Source of the DNA: Candidatus Eiseniibacteriota bacterium
GTDB taxonomy: Bacteria > Eisenbacteria > RBG-16-71-46
Assembly (NCBI GenBank): GCA_041498315.1
Contig: JBGQIE010000001.1
Span: 5,536 to 69,535, forward strand
Length of the DNA stretch: 64,000 bases
Direction: 5' to 3'
Part shown: piece by piece, positions 9,218-18,182 of the stretch
Position numbering within the stretch: the stretch's first letter is position 1
Layout of the letters: every line of letters begins with the position of its first letter
Program-made: the position numbers and the translations under genes
Notes under the pieces: generated by a model
Told to the model about the DNA's origin: nothing
Seen by the model: the letters and a program-made list of their open reading frames with translations, nothing else
The model's database searches: none

Positions 9218-10621
9218 CTATCCGATCTCCGCAGCACGGGCGAGGTCCTTCCCGCGATCGTCGGGCAAGCCCGCCGGGGCGGGGACGAAGTCCATCCGCA
9301 GCTTGAACTCGCGCTGGAGCAGGGCGAGGCTCAGCAGCATCTGCAAGGCGACCGCTCCGACCGACAGGTACCACACCCAGCGCAGCTCGAACCCGGGGGC
9401 GCGCGCGAGCACCACGGCCGGCACCGCCACCAGGGTGATGCGAACCAGCGAGCTGACCAGCGACGGAATGGTATTGCCGATCGCCTGGAACATGCTCGAG
9501 CTCACGAACACGATGCCCGAGGCGACGAAGTTCCACGAGATGATCTCGAGGTACTGGTTTCCCGCGGCGACCACGTTCGCGTCGTGCGAAAAGATCCGGA
9601 CCAGCGCCGCGGGCGCGAGGTGGGCGAGCACGGTGAGCGGCACCATCATGGACAGCGAGAGCAGCAGGGCCGATCGAAACGCGGCCCGCACGCGGTCCGG
9701 CAGGCGCGCCCCGAAGTTCTGGCCCGCCACGGGCGCGACCGCGAAGCCCAGGGCGACGACCGGCATGAAGCCCGCCTGGACGATGCGCAGCCCGATGCCG
9801 AACCCCGCCTGGGCGGCAGTCCCGAACGGCCGGCTGACCGAGTACACGATGAACAAGTAGACGCCCATGAGCGCGAACTCGGCGCCCGCGGGCAGTCCGA
9901 TCTTGAGCATCGAGCCCCAGAGGCGCAGCTGGGGCTTCCAGTCCACGGGCACGAACCGGAGCGCGGCCACGCCGGGAAGAAAATAGAGCGCGAGCCAGCC
10001 CGAGCCGAAGACGATCGAGATGAACGTGGCGAGGGCCGCCCCCGCGACCCCGAGCGGGTGTCCGGTCCCCCAGCCGAAGATGAGCACCGGCGCCAGGATC
10101 ATGTTGAGGATGACCGTGGCGGTCTGGACCACCATGCCGGGCTTGAAATTGCCGCTGCCGCGCAGCGCGGCCGCCATCGCGACCATGGGGAACTGGAGCG
10201 CCAGGGCGGGCACGAACCAGCGCAGGTAGTCCACGGCCAGGCCGGCGGTCGCGCCGTCGGCGCTCAACGTACGCGCGTAGACGCCGCCCAGCGCTCCGGC
10301 TAAAGCCAGGAACAGACCCCCCACGAGCACGGCGAGCGCCAGCGATTGGTTGAAGACCAGCAAGGCGCGTTCGCCATCCCGCCGCCCGATCGCATGGGAG
10401 ACCATCGTGGTCGTTCCGACCCCGAGCATCTGGGTGAGCGCGAGCACGACGAACATCAGGTTGCCCGCGATTCCGACCGCGGCCACCGCCTCCTTGCCCA
10501 GCCGCCCGACCCAGTAGAGATCGACCAGGAAGTAGAGGGTCTGGAACACCATCGTGACCAGCATGAAGCTGGTCGTCTTGAGCAGGTGGCGGGAGACCGA
10601 TCCGGTGGTGAAGTCCTGCAT
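9218..10621 (-). CDS. MATE family efflux transporter
   Basis: 467 aa with 12 TM helices. The N-terminal SVSRHLLKTTSFMLVTMVFQTLYFLVDLYWVGRLG motif is characteristic of NorM/DinF-type MATE transporters. Confidence 0.8.
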   Translation of the reverse strand: MQDFTTGSVSRHLLKTTSFMLVTMVFQTLYFLVDLYWVGRLGKEAVAAVGIAGNLMFVVLALTQMLGVGTTTMVSHAIGRRDGERALLVFNQSLALAVLVGGLFLALAGALGGVYARTLSADGATAGLAVDYLRWFVPALALQFPMVAMAAALRGSGNFKPGMVVQTATVILNMILAPVLIFGWGTGHPLGVAGAALATFISIVFGSGWLALYFLPGVAALRFVPVDWKPQLRLWGSMLKIGLPAGAEFALMGVYLFIVYSVSRPFGTAAQAGFGIGLRIVQAGFMPVVALGFAVAPVAGQNFGARLPDRVRAAFRSALLLSLSMMVPLTVLAHLAPAALVRIFSHDANVVAAGNQYLEIISWNFVASGIVFVSSSMFQAIGNTIPSLVSSLVRITLVAVPAVVLARAPGFELRWVWYLSVGAVALQMLLSLALLQREFKLRMDFVPAPAGLPDDRGKDLARAAEIG

Positions 10622-10631
10622 GCTCGACCTG

Positions 10632-11204
10632 CTAGCGCCCGGCTGCGGAAGCCGCGGTGGAATCGCTTCGCGCCGGCGCTTCGCGCTCCGCGAGCGCCCG
10701 CAGGTTCGCGAGCCCGCGCTCGAAATCGGGGCCGATCATCTTGTCCGGGTTCATGAACAGGCACATCGCCTTCCCCATGAAATTCTCGGGTCCATCCATC
10801 GCCCAGGTCACCCGGGTGCCGGGGCCGTCGGCGGCCAGCGTGAACGTCGTCGTGTTGGTGGCCTTGAAGGGCTTGAGGAACCCGACCGTCATCGCCAGGC
10901 TCGAGGGCGGCTGGGATTGCGAGATCGTCATGTGCCCCTCGCCCACCTTGTCGTTTCCGGCCCAGTGGTAGGACGCCCCCACGCCCGAAGCCGCGCCCGA
11001 GTACTCCTTCTTCATCTGGAGATCGAGCTTGTCCCAGGGCGACCAGTCGGACCACTGGTGGAAGTCGTCGAGGCGCGCGAACACGGCGGCTCCGGGAGCG
11101 GCGATGGTGGTCGAACGCTCGACGTGGAAGTGGTTGGGGCGCGTTCCGATGAAGACGACGAGCAGCGCCACGACGATCAGCACGATACGAAGGACGTTTC
11201 TCAT
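10632..11204 (-). CDS. SRPBCC family protein (polyketide cyclase/START-like fold) with N-terminal TM anchor
   Basis: Polyketide_cyc2-like beta-grip pattern after a hydrophobic N-terminus. The stop is 10 nt upstream of the MATE start. Confidence 0.55.
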   Translation of the reverse strand: MRNVLRIVLIVVALLVVFIGTRPNHFHVERSTTIAAPGAAVFARLDDFHQWSDWSPWDKLDLQMKKEYSGAASGVGASYHWAGNDKVGEGHMTISQSQPPSSLAMTVGFLKPFKATNTTTFTLAADGPGTRVTWAMDGPENFMGKAMCLFMNPDKMIGPDFERGLANLRALAEREAPARSDSTAASAAGR

Positions 11205-11334
11205 GGAGTTCCCCGGGTCGGTGGGCAAGCACGCGCCGACGGGCGCGAGGCTGGAGCGCGGGATCGCGCGCCCGCCGGCTGGCGCGGGCGGCTCAGGAGT
11301 ACCAGAGCGCTTCGAGGCGTGTCCACGGAAATCC

Positions 11335-11364
11335 GCCCGGCGCGGCCCCCGGGGGGAGCCGGGC
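11335..11364 (-). terminator. GC-rich hairpin (GCCCGGC...GCCGGGC) followed by a T-run on the minus strand, downstream of the LytTR regulator gene
   Basis: A 7-bp outer stem with an inner CCCCC/GGGGG palindrome. It lies 13 nt after the response-regulator stop. Confidence 0.4.
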
Positions 11365-11376
11365 TCGGCGGTCGCA

Positions 11377-12138
11377 TTACAGCAGCTCCTGAAGCCGCGC
11401 GTAGCCCGCGCGGCTCACCGGAAGCTGCTTGCCGTCCTTGAGGATCGCGACCCGGCTGTCCTTGGCGTACAGCTCGAGGCGCGCCAGGCACTCCACGTTG
11501 AGCACCCACGAGCGGTGGATGCGCACGAAGCGCGCGGGGTCGAGCCCGGCGGCGATTTCGGACAGGGTCTGATTCTTGAGGAAGGTCTTGCCGCCGGAGC
11601 GGATCGCCGCGTAGTCGTCCTGGGCCTCGATCCATTCCAGGCGCCCGACCGGGATGACGTGCACCTGGGTCCCTTCCTTGACGAGCAGGCGCTCGACGAA
11701 CTGCCCGGGCGGGCGGGCGGCCGCGGCCAGCGCCGCGGGCGAGGGCGCGACGGGCGTGCCGCCGGCGGCGAGCCGGGCGCGCACCTGGGCGAGCGCCTCG
11801 GCGAGCCGCTCGCGGCCGACCGGCTTGAGGACGTAGTCGGCGGCGTGCACCTCGAAGGCCTTGAGGGCGTATTCGTCGTAGGCGGTCACGAACACCACGG
11901 CGGGGCGGCGCTCGATGAGGTCGAGCACCTCGAAGCCGTCGAGCTTGGGCATCTGGACGTCGAGCAGCACCAGGTCGGGCTCGAGCTCGCCGATCGTCTT
12001 GACGGCCTCGAATCCGTTCGCGCACTCCGCCACCACCTCGACATTCGCGTCCGCGGACAGATACTCGCGCAGCAGCGCGCGGGCCGGGGCTTCGTCGTCC
12101 ACGATCAGCGCGCGGATGACCTTGGTGTCAACCGGCAT
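11377..12138 (-). CDS. LytTR family two-component response regulator
   Basis: REC domain (LIVDDE, LDVQMPKLDG) plus a C-terminal LytTR DNA-binding domain (FVRIHRSWVLNV). The start overlaps the upstream kinase stop by 11 nt. Confidence 0.9.
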   Translation of the reverse strand: MPVDTKVIRALIVDDEAPARALLREYLSADANVEVVAECANGFEAVKTIGELEPDLVLLDVQMPKLDGFEVLDLIERRPAVVFVTAYDEYALKAFEVHAADYVLKPVGRERLAEALAQVRARLAAGGTPVAPSPAALAAAARPPGQFVERLLVKEGTQVHVIPVGRLEWIEAQDDYAAIRSGGKTFLKNQTLSEIAAGLDPARFVRIHRSWVLNVECLARLELYAKDSRVAILKDGKQLPVSRAGYARLQELL

Positions 12139-13273
12139 CGTGTTCCCCCTCGCCCGCCGGCACGGCGGCGTCGTGGCGGGCCGCCGCGGCCTCCGGAGCC
12201 GCGCGCACCCCGCCCTCCTCCTCGACCGCGGGCACCCGGAGCAGGACGCGGAATCGATCGGGCGTGCGCACCACATCGAGGCCGGCGCCGCGCGGATCGA
12301 GCGCGCGCAGCCGCTGGCGCACGTTCTCGAGGCCGAGACCGTGTCCGCGGCGCGGCGGCGCGGCGGGATCGCGCGGGTTCTCGACCTCGATCTCGAGCGC
12401 GCCGCCGCGCCGGCGCGCCGCGATGCGCACCGTGCCGCCCTCGACGCGATCGGCCACGCCATGCTTGACCGCGTTCTCGATCAGGGGCTGGATGAGGAGC
12501 GGCGGCACCAGGCAGCGCTGGGCGCCCGGCTCGACCTGCCGGTCGACCGCGAGCCGTGCGCCGAAGCGCACCTGCTCGATCGCGAGGTAGCGCTCGGCGA
12601 GCGCCAGCTCCTCGGCGAACGCGACGCGCTCGCGGGCGCCCAGGGAAAGGCTCAGGCGCAGGAAATCGCCCAGGAGCTGGCACATGCGCCGCGCGGCCTC
12701 GGGGTCGGAGCCGGTGAGCGCGCTGATCGAGTTGAGGCTGTTGAACAGGAAGTGCGGGTTGAGCTGGGCGCGCAGCGCCCGCAGCTCGGCCTCGCGCGCG
12801 TTGACCTGCGAGGCCATGACGCGGCGCTCGGCGTCGCGCGCCGATTCGAACGCGAGCAGGAAGTAATGGGCGACGATGGACTGTGCGTAGAGCACGACCC
12901 CGGCCGTGAACACCACCGCGAGATCGCGCAGCAGGCCCGGCCGGTCGGGCCCGATGTGGAGCCGGGCCGACAGGAGCGCCGCCCATAGCGCCGCCAGGCC
13001 GGCCCACACCGCCCCCGCCTGGAGCGCCGCCCCCAGGGTGGCGTTCGCGAGGCGCAGCGGCGGGGTGGTCGCGAGCGGATTCGCGCGGCACACCCACCAG
13101 GCCGACAGGCAGATCGAGGCGAACACGAGCGTCAGGGGCGCCGCGAAGGCGACGGCGTGACCGACCGGCCGCGGCTGGAACAGCACCATGATGGTCACGA
13201 GCAGCGCGCCGATGCCGAGCCAGAGCACCAGGTAGAGGACCGGGCGCATCCGACCCTGGAGCAGCGGGTGCAT
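12128..13273 (-). CDS. sensor histidine kinase, LytS/YehU type (His_kinase PF06580)
   Basis: N-terminal multi-TM region. H-box LNPHFLFNSLNSI and a HATPase_c domain. Confidence 0.9.
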   Translation of the reverse strand: MHPLLQGRMRPVLYLVLWLGIGALLVTIMVLFQPRPVGHAVAFAAPLTLVFASICLSAWWVCRANPLATTPPLRLANATLGAALQAGAVWAGLAALWAALLSARLHIGPDRPGLLRDLAVVFTAGVVLYAQSIVAHYFLLAFESARDAERRVMASQVNAREAELRALRAQLNPHFLFNSLNSISALTGSDPEAARRMCQLLGDFLRLSLSLGARERVAFAEELALAERYLAIEQVRFGARLAVDRQVEPGAQRCLVPPLLIQPLIENAVKHGVADRVEGGTVRIAARRRGGALEIEVENPRDPAAPPRRGHGLGLENVRQRLRALDPRGAGLDVVRTPDRFRVLLRVPAVEEEGGVRAAPEAAAARHDAAVPAGEGEHDAG

Positions 13274-14035
13274 CTAGTTCTTGACCTCGACGCCGCCCAT
13301 CACGACCAGGCCCCGCAGCACCAGCACCCCGCGTGCCTCACCGATCGGCGCCCGTGTTTCGTCCACGACCGCCCCCATGATGGGCTGGGCCTCGACCGAG
13401 ACCCGCCAGTCCTCGGGCACGCGCAGCTCCACGCCGCCCCACCACACGAACAGGTCGAGGACCGCCTGCCCCTCGGCCATGCGTGCCGGGCGCAGGTCGA
13501 TCTCGTGGCCGCCCATGATCGCCGTGATGTCGCCGCCGCGGAAGTCCTGGGCGACCACCTTGCGCTGGACTCCCGACAGCAGGGCGAGCGCGTTGAGGCT
13601 CGGCGAGGCATCGTCGCCTCCGCGCGATGAGCGCGCGCGCTGGAGCGTGCCGGTGACCATCGAGGCGCCGAGCAGGATCAGGACCAGCGGCCAGAGATCG
13701 AGGATGCCGAGCCGCACGAGGTGAAACGTGTGGAGCAGCATCCAGGAGCCGAGGATCGTGAACAGGACGCCGCTCGCCAGGTGGACGCGGCAGTTCCAGC
13801 CGGTGATGCGCGCCACCCCGTAGACGACCAGGAGCGCGGGCCACCAGCGCAGGATGTCGCCGGCCCGCGCGATCCCGAGGTTATCGAGCATGAACAGCAC
13901 GCCCAGGGCGATGACGAGCAACCCGAACGTGAGGCGGCTGGGACCGTACACGCCGGGACCGTGGAGCCGGCCGTCGCCGCCCACCATGAAGCCCACCACC
14001 ATGCGCTTGGGCTTGGGGACGTCGGTCTCAGGCAT
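13274..14035 (-). CDS. LiaF-like membrane protein (N-terminal TM helices + C-terminal DUF2154/LiaF_C beta domain)
   Basis: TM helices followed by LNALALLSGVQRKVVAQDFRGGDITAIMGGHEIDLR...VWWGGVELRVPEDWRVSVE, which is typical of the cell-wall-active antibiotic response protein domain. The stop codon immediately abuts the kinase start. Confidence 0.7.
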   Translation of the reverse strand: MPETDVPKPKRMVVGFMVGGDGRLHGPGVYGPSRLTFGLLVIALGVLFMLDNLGIARAGDILRWWPALLVVYGVARITGWNCRVHLASGVLFTILGSWMLLHTFHLVRLGILDLWPLVLILLGASMVTGTLQRARSSRGGDDASPSLNALALLSGVQRKVVAQDFRGGDITAIMGGHEIDLRPARMAEGQAVLDLFVWWGGVELRVPEDWRVSVEAQPIMGAVVDETRAPIGEARGVLVLRGLVVMGGVEVKN

Positions 14036-14321
14036 GGCCCACCCTCCTTTCCATCGGCTGCGGCTCGTGGATCGCCGCGGCCAGCACGGCGACGACGATC
14101 ACGATCGCGGAGCCGACGACCAGCGCCGGGCCACGGGTGAACGCGTGCGCGCCGACCCGCAGGAGCGCGCGCGCCGCCGCCAGGATGGCCGGCGAGTGCG
14201 CCACGAATGCGTGGGCGAGCCACGCCAGGTTCACGGCCGCGAGCCAGCACAGCGAGGTCGCCAGCACCGCGACCGCCACCATCCACGCTGTCCGCTCGTG
14301 GTGTGTCACCAACTCGGTCAT
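14028..14321 (-). CDS. small membrane protein (2-3 TM), operon member
   Basis: 97 aa and hydrophobic. It overlaps the LiaF-like gene start by 8 nt. Confidence 0.5.
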   Translation of the reverse strand: MTELVTHHERTAWMVAVAVLATSLCWLAAVNLAWLAHAFVAHSPAILAAARALLRVGAHAFTRGPALVVGSAIVIVVAVLAAAIHEPQPMERRVGHA

Positions 14322-14322
14322 G

Positions 14323-14682
14323 TTACTCCTCCCTCTTCCAGGGCCAGCGGCGCCGGTCTTCGCCGGTCAGGGCGCGGATCACGATTCCGGTGCCCACTGC
14401 GATCAGCGCCAGGGGCCAGGAGCTACTGAACGTCATGTCGTTCCAGTGAGTGGTGCAGGCCAGCAGCCAGGTGCCGATCAGCACCCCGGATACGCCCGCG
14501 CCCACCCGGCCATCGATGAATCGACCCGCGGCGATGACGAAAAAGATCACGGGCCACAGCGTCTCGAACGGCGGCAGGTGCAGGATGTGCAGCCGGTCGA
14601 TGAGGAACGCGGTCCCGAGCAGCATGAGGAACAGACCCCACAGGACCGACTTCGTGCTGGGTGTGCGGATTTCGGTTTCCAT
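14323..14682 (-). CDS. DUF5668/LiaI-LiaF-TM-like small membrane protein
   Basis: VLWGLFLMLLGTAFLIDRL...WPVIFFVIAAGRFI pattern. It sits 1 nt from the downstream gene start. Start is chosen at the internal Met. Confidence 0.55.
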   Translation of the reverse strand: METEIRTPSTKSVLWGLFLMLLGTAFLIDRLHILHLPPFETLWPVIFFVIAAGRFIDGRVGAGVSGVLIGTWLLACTTHWNDMTFSSSWPLALIAVGTGIVIRALTGEDRRRWPWKREE

Positions 14683-14707
14683 CGTGCTCCTCCTTTGGGC
14701 CGGGGTG

Positions 14708-14830
14708 TATCCGGCCTGCTCGCGAGTCAATCTACGGCGGGCGCGGTGCGGGGAGCGCGGGGTTTTCGGCGAATGGCGGTGGAAACCCGGTGAATGGCGC
14801 CAGGGCCGGGCCCGATGGCTATCCGGCCTG
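14708..14830. repeat. 11-nt direct repeat TATCCGGCCTG (14708-14718 and 14820-14830) flanking the promoter region of the LiaF-like/LytS/LytTR operon
   Basis: Two exact 11-mers 112 nt apart in a 162-nt intergenic region. Confidence 0.4.
14771..14800. promoter_or_regulatory. 9-12-9 direct repeat GAATGGCGG-N12-GAATGGCGC with LytTR-binding-site geometry
   Basis: Two 9-mers (8 of 9 identical) separated by exactly 12 nt. They lie 90-118 nt upstream of the first gene of the LytTR operon. Confidence 0.4.
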
Positions 14831-14844
14831 TTGCCGCCCGGGGC

Positions 14845-15177
14845 TCATCGTGGCCGTGTCTCGAAAGTGGCCGCCACGAACTCCTTCACCCCGCTCCCTC
14901 CCGTCAGTCGCAGCCATGCCGGGCCTCCGGCGGGCTCCACCTCGATGGTGAAGCGGAGGAACGGGCAGCAGGCTCGCTCGAGCCCGATCCATTCGGCGAG
15001 CTCGGCGATCGCGCGGGCCTCGGGCGCCAGGCGGTAAGCGTAGCCGTCGGGCAGCTCGCGCACTTCGAGCACCCGCTCGCCGAGCCGGCGCAACAGCACG
15101 TCGTGGCGCGCTCGCTCCTCCGGGGTGAACGCGGTCAGCACGCACGCAATCGGCAGCTGCGGATCGTTCGTCGCCAT
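14845..15177 (-). CDS. hypothetical protein (110 aa)
   Basis: ORF lying between the SAM-methyltransferase stop (24 nt gap) and the operon promoter region. No recognisable domain. Confidence 0.4.
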   Translation of the reverse strand: MATNDPQLPIACVLTAFTPEERARHDVLLRRLGERVLEVRELPDGYAYRLAPEARAIAELAEWIGLERACCPFLRFTIEVEPAGGPAWLRLTGGSGVKEFVAATFETRPR

Positions 15178-15200
15178 ACGATGCTCGCTCCTGCCGATGA

Positions 15201-16016
15201 TTACGTCCGCCCGCGAATCGCCCAGGCGCGGGCGACGAGCGAGATCGAGCCGTCGGCCGCAATCGGGAGGCGCGCGCGCACCGCTTCACGCAGCCGCGCC
15301 CGAGCGGATTCATCGATGGACATGGCGTAGGCGGGCGCCGGTCCCTGGCCGCCCAGGAAGGGCTGCCAGTAGGCTTCGAAGTCCGCGAACCGTGTCGGGA
15401 TGTCGATCGCTCGCACCTCGACGCCGCCGAGCCCCGCCGAACGAAACAGGGCCTCGAGCGGCTCGGACCGGCAGAGCGGAAACCGGATGCCCTCGTCCGC
15501 CGCCGCGGCGGCCCGGTCGAGTGCCACCGCCGCATCCCAGAATGCCCGCAGGAACTCCATCTTCCCGGCGTAGTCCCACACGTAGGCCGCGATCGTCCCC
15601 TGGGCCCGAGTCACGCGCTTCATCTCGGCGAGCCCGGCCGGCGGGTCCGGAACGAAGTTCAAGACGAGCCCCGAGACCACGACGTCAATCGACGCGCTCT
15701 CGAGCGGGATCGCGGTCGCGCTTCCCGCGTGAAAGGCCGCGCGGCCGGCGAGGTTCGTGCTCGCGGCCTCGCGGAATCCATCCGCAGGCTCGACGGCGGC
15801 GAGCGATACGGGAGCGCACCGATCCGCGATCGCGGCGGAGAGCGCCCCCGTGCCGCACCCCACGTCGAGCCACCGGAGCCCGGCCCGCAGGTTCAACCAC
15901 GAAAGAAACTCGGGCGCCACCTGTCGGCTCCAGCGGCCGACATAGCGCTCGTAGGGGCTGCCGCGCTCCCAGGTGTCCGCGATTCGAGGCTGGCTCATGG
16001 CTCGATGCCCAGACAC
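15201..16016 (-). CDS. class I SAM-dependent methyltransferase
   Basis: LDVGCGTGALS motif I, plus motif II/III spacing typical of the Methyltransf_11/25 family. Confidence 0.75.
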   Translation of the reverse strand: MSGHRAMSQPRIADTWERGSPYERYVGRWSRQVAPEFLSWLNLRAGLRWLDVGCGTGALSAAIADRCAPVSLAAVEPADGFREAASTNLAGRAAFHAGSATAIPLESASIDVVVSGLVLNFVPDPPAGLAEMKRVTRAQGTIAAYVWDYAGKMEFLRAFWDAAVALDRAAAAADEGIRFPLCRSEPLEALFRSAGLGGVEVRAIDIPTRFADFEAYWQPFLGGQGPAPAYAMSIDESARARLREAVRARLPIAADGSISLVARAWAIRGRT

Positions 16017-16079
16017 TAACGCATGAGCACGGGTCCCCGCAGGCCTCGGGGAGATGAACGCGGCCGCGACGGAAACGCC

Positions 16080-16108
16080 CGGCCCCCGCGGCGTCGTGCC
16101 GCGGGGGC
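16080..16108. terminator. perfect 12-bp GC hairpin (GGCCCCCGCGGC-gtcgt-GCCGCGGGGGCC)
   Basis: An exact inverted repeat 20-48 nt downstream of the lipoprotein gene stop on the minus strand. There is a weak T-tract on both sides. Confidence 0.4.
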
Positions 16109-16127
16109 CTTCGAACCACGCCCGGCG

Positions 16128-16664
16128 TTACGAACCTGGCGCGGGCTCGGGCTTCGACGCGGGCGCCTCCTGCACCACGTCGAGCGTCACCCACACGCGC
16201 CGCCACTTGCCGGCGCCGTTCTTCGCGGTCACGGAGAGTCCGACGCGCTCCCGCTTGCTTCCGATCGGGACGCGATAGAACCCCCGCCAGACCTTGGCCT
16301 CGGAATCGTAGGACATGGGCTGCTTGCCACCGATGCCGTCCCAGAGCGTGACCGCGACGACGTCAGGCGTGCCGCGGGCGATGATCTCGAGCGGCTTCCC
16401 CGGAGTGAGCGCCGAGTCCGGCTCGGAGACGGAGATGTCCGGAGGCAGGGAGTCGGCCGAGGCCGGCCCCTGCGCCTCGGGGCTGGGCGAGCCCACCGGG
16501 CCGCCCCCCTCGGGCGCGGTGGCCGCGGCCGCGGTCGCCGGCTCGAGGCCGCCCGCCGGGGTTCCGCTGACCACCTGGGCGGTCTGCTCGTCGCTGTGCT
16601 TGCCGCAACCCGCGGCCAGCAGACCCGCCAGCAACCAGGCCATGATGAGTGCGCTGCGCTTCAT
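16128..16664 (-). CDS. lipoprotein, function unknown
   Basis: MKRSALIMAWLLAGLLAAGCGK signal peptide with lipobox, followed by a Pro/Ala-rich linker. Confidence 0.6.
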   Translation of the reverse strand: MKRSALIMAWLLAGLLAAGCGKHSDEQTAQVVSGTPAGGLEPATAAAATAPEGGGPVGSPSPEAQGPASADSLPPDISVSEPDSALTPGKPLEIIARGTPDVVAVTLWDGIGGKQPMSYDSEAKVWRGFYRVPIGSKRERVGLSVTAKNGAGKWRRVWVTLDVVQEAPASKPEPAPGS

Positions 16665-16887
16665 GACGTGTCCTCCAACCGGCTGGGATCGCACTTGCCC
16701 GCGCCAGGACGCCGGTCCCTGATCGCGTGCCCGGGTGAGGCCGCATCGGCCGTCACCCGGCGCTACGCCGACGTGCGCCTTTGCGCCGTCGTTCTGGGTC
16801 GGACATACATCACGTCGCGTGCCGATCACTCAACCGGCTTACATTCAAGGTGTTGCGCGCTTCACCTCAACTTCTTCACGAGAGAAT

Positions 16888-16905
16888 CGTGTCACGCTTG
16901 ACACG
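16888..16905. promoter_or_regulatory. palindrome CGTGTCA-cgct-TGACACG upstream of the sensor-module operon; a third TGACAC copy at ~16983
   Basis: A 7-bp perfect inverted repeat, with an overlapping CACGA-N5-TCGTG repeat, in a lower-GC intergenic stretch. Confidence 0.3.
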
Positions 16906-16928
16906 GGGTCCGATCGGCCACACCCTCG

Positions 16929-18182
16929 ATGTGTGGCTGTAAGGCGCTGCAACCCAAGAGAACAGGCGGATGTCGCTTGATTGACACACCGCCCACCCGC
17001 GGCGACACGCGCTCGCGCGCGCTGATCCTTGGGCTGCTTCTCGGTCTGGTGGCATTTCCCCTTCATGCGTCGGCGCAAGGCCAGGACGCCAGGGTCTCGG
17101 TGGTCTGGGCTCGCCGCGAACGCGTGGTGCTGGCCGCCGCCGACACGCTCACGCTCGAGCCGGGCGGGCGACTGAGCTTCCTCGAGCGCGGCAGGACCGT
17201 AGCGACCGGCGAGGTGACGCGCGTGGTCGACCGCGACATCGCGGTCGCGCGGCTCACGTCGGGCTCTCTCGCGCGCGTGAAGAAGCTCGAGCGCCTGCGC
17301 GTGTTGTTCGAGCCGCCCCGGATGCCCGCGCGCTCGATGCTGAGGCTCGGGGTTCCGGGCCCGGGCCGGGCCAACCTGCTCTTCCGGTGCGAGGGGCTCG
17401 TGCTCGACGCGGCTTCGCCGGCGCGCGGCTATCGCACGGACGCGCTGGTCGAGCACGGCTATCGTCTGGTGCGCGGGACCGAGCTCACGTCGTCGGCGCC
17501 GTGGCCGGATACGCTCCTGCTCCGCCTCTTCGACGAGGCCGCCGACGAGGAGATCGCGCTCGAGCGCGGCGAGCTGGACGCGGGTGTCTTCTGGCCGGGC
17601 GAGCTCTCGAGTCACATGCGCGAGGATCCGCGCTGGCGGCCACCGCTGATGGGCGTGCGCGCGCGCGGGGCGCTCGCGGCGATCGAGTCCGTCGCGGGGA
17701 CTGGGGACGACGCGAGCGCGGCGCTGTCCGACAGCCTCGCTTTCGCTGCCCTCAATCGCGAGCTGTTTCGGGGCGATCTCGCGCCCTGGGGCCCGGCGCA
17801 ACCTGCGCGCGGCGACACCCGGGGATCGAGCCCGGCACGCTACCTCGTGGATCCCTCGCTTCCCGGCCAGCGCGCACTCCAGGTCATCCTCAATCGCGGC
17901 GCGGCCCCGCCGCCCGCGCGCGCAGGCTCCCGCACGGTCGAGGTCGCATACCTCGACGTCTCCATCGGCTCGCCCGACTCGCTCGCCCTCGCGGCTGCGG
18001 CACGGGCCCATCGCGGCGCTCCCGCGACCGGGGCGCGCGGCGATTCGACGCGCGTGCGATGCGTCCTCGCGGTGGGATGCCCGCTCGTGTGCGCTCCCGA
18101 CTTCCGCTCCCGCCTCGAGGCGCTCGGAACCGACGCACTCGTCAACCTGCTCGCCTGCCCGCCCGCGGGGCGCGCGCCTTGA
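16929..18182 (+). CDS. secreted/periplasmic protein with weak solute-binding-protein-like regions; putative sensor accessory protein
   Basis: Signal peptide RSRALILGLLLGLVAFPLHASA. The stop overlaps the kinase TTG start (TTGA). An alternative TTG start at 16976 gives a more typical signal peptide. Confidence 0.55.
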   Translation: MCGCKALQPKRTGGCRLIDTPPTRGDTRSRALILGLLLGLVAFPLHASAQGQDARVSVVWARRERVVLAAADTLTLEPGGRLSFLERGRTVATGEVTRVVDRDIAVARLTSGSLARVKKLERLRVLFEPPRMPARSMLRLGVPGPGRANLLFRCEGLVLDAASPARGYRTDALVEHGYRLVRGTELTSSAPWPDTLLLRLFDEAADEEIALERGELDAGVFWPGELSSHMREDPRWRPPLMGVRARGALAAIESVAGTGDDASAALSDSLAFAALNRELFRGDLAPWGPAQPARGDTRGSSPARYLVDPSLPGQRALQVILNRGAAPPPARAGSRTVEVAYLDVSIGSPDSLALAAAARAHRGAPATGARGDSTRVRCVLAVGCPLVCAPDFRSRLEALGTDALVNLLACPPAGRAP

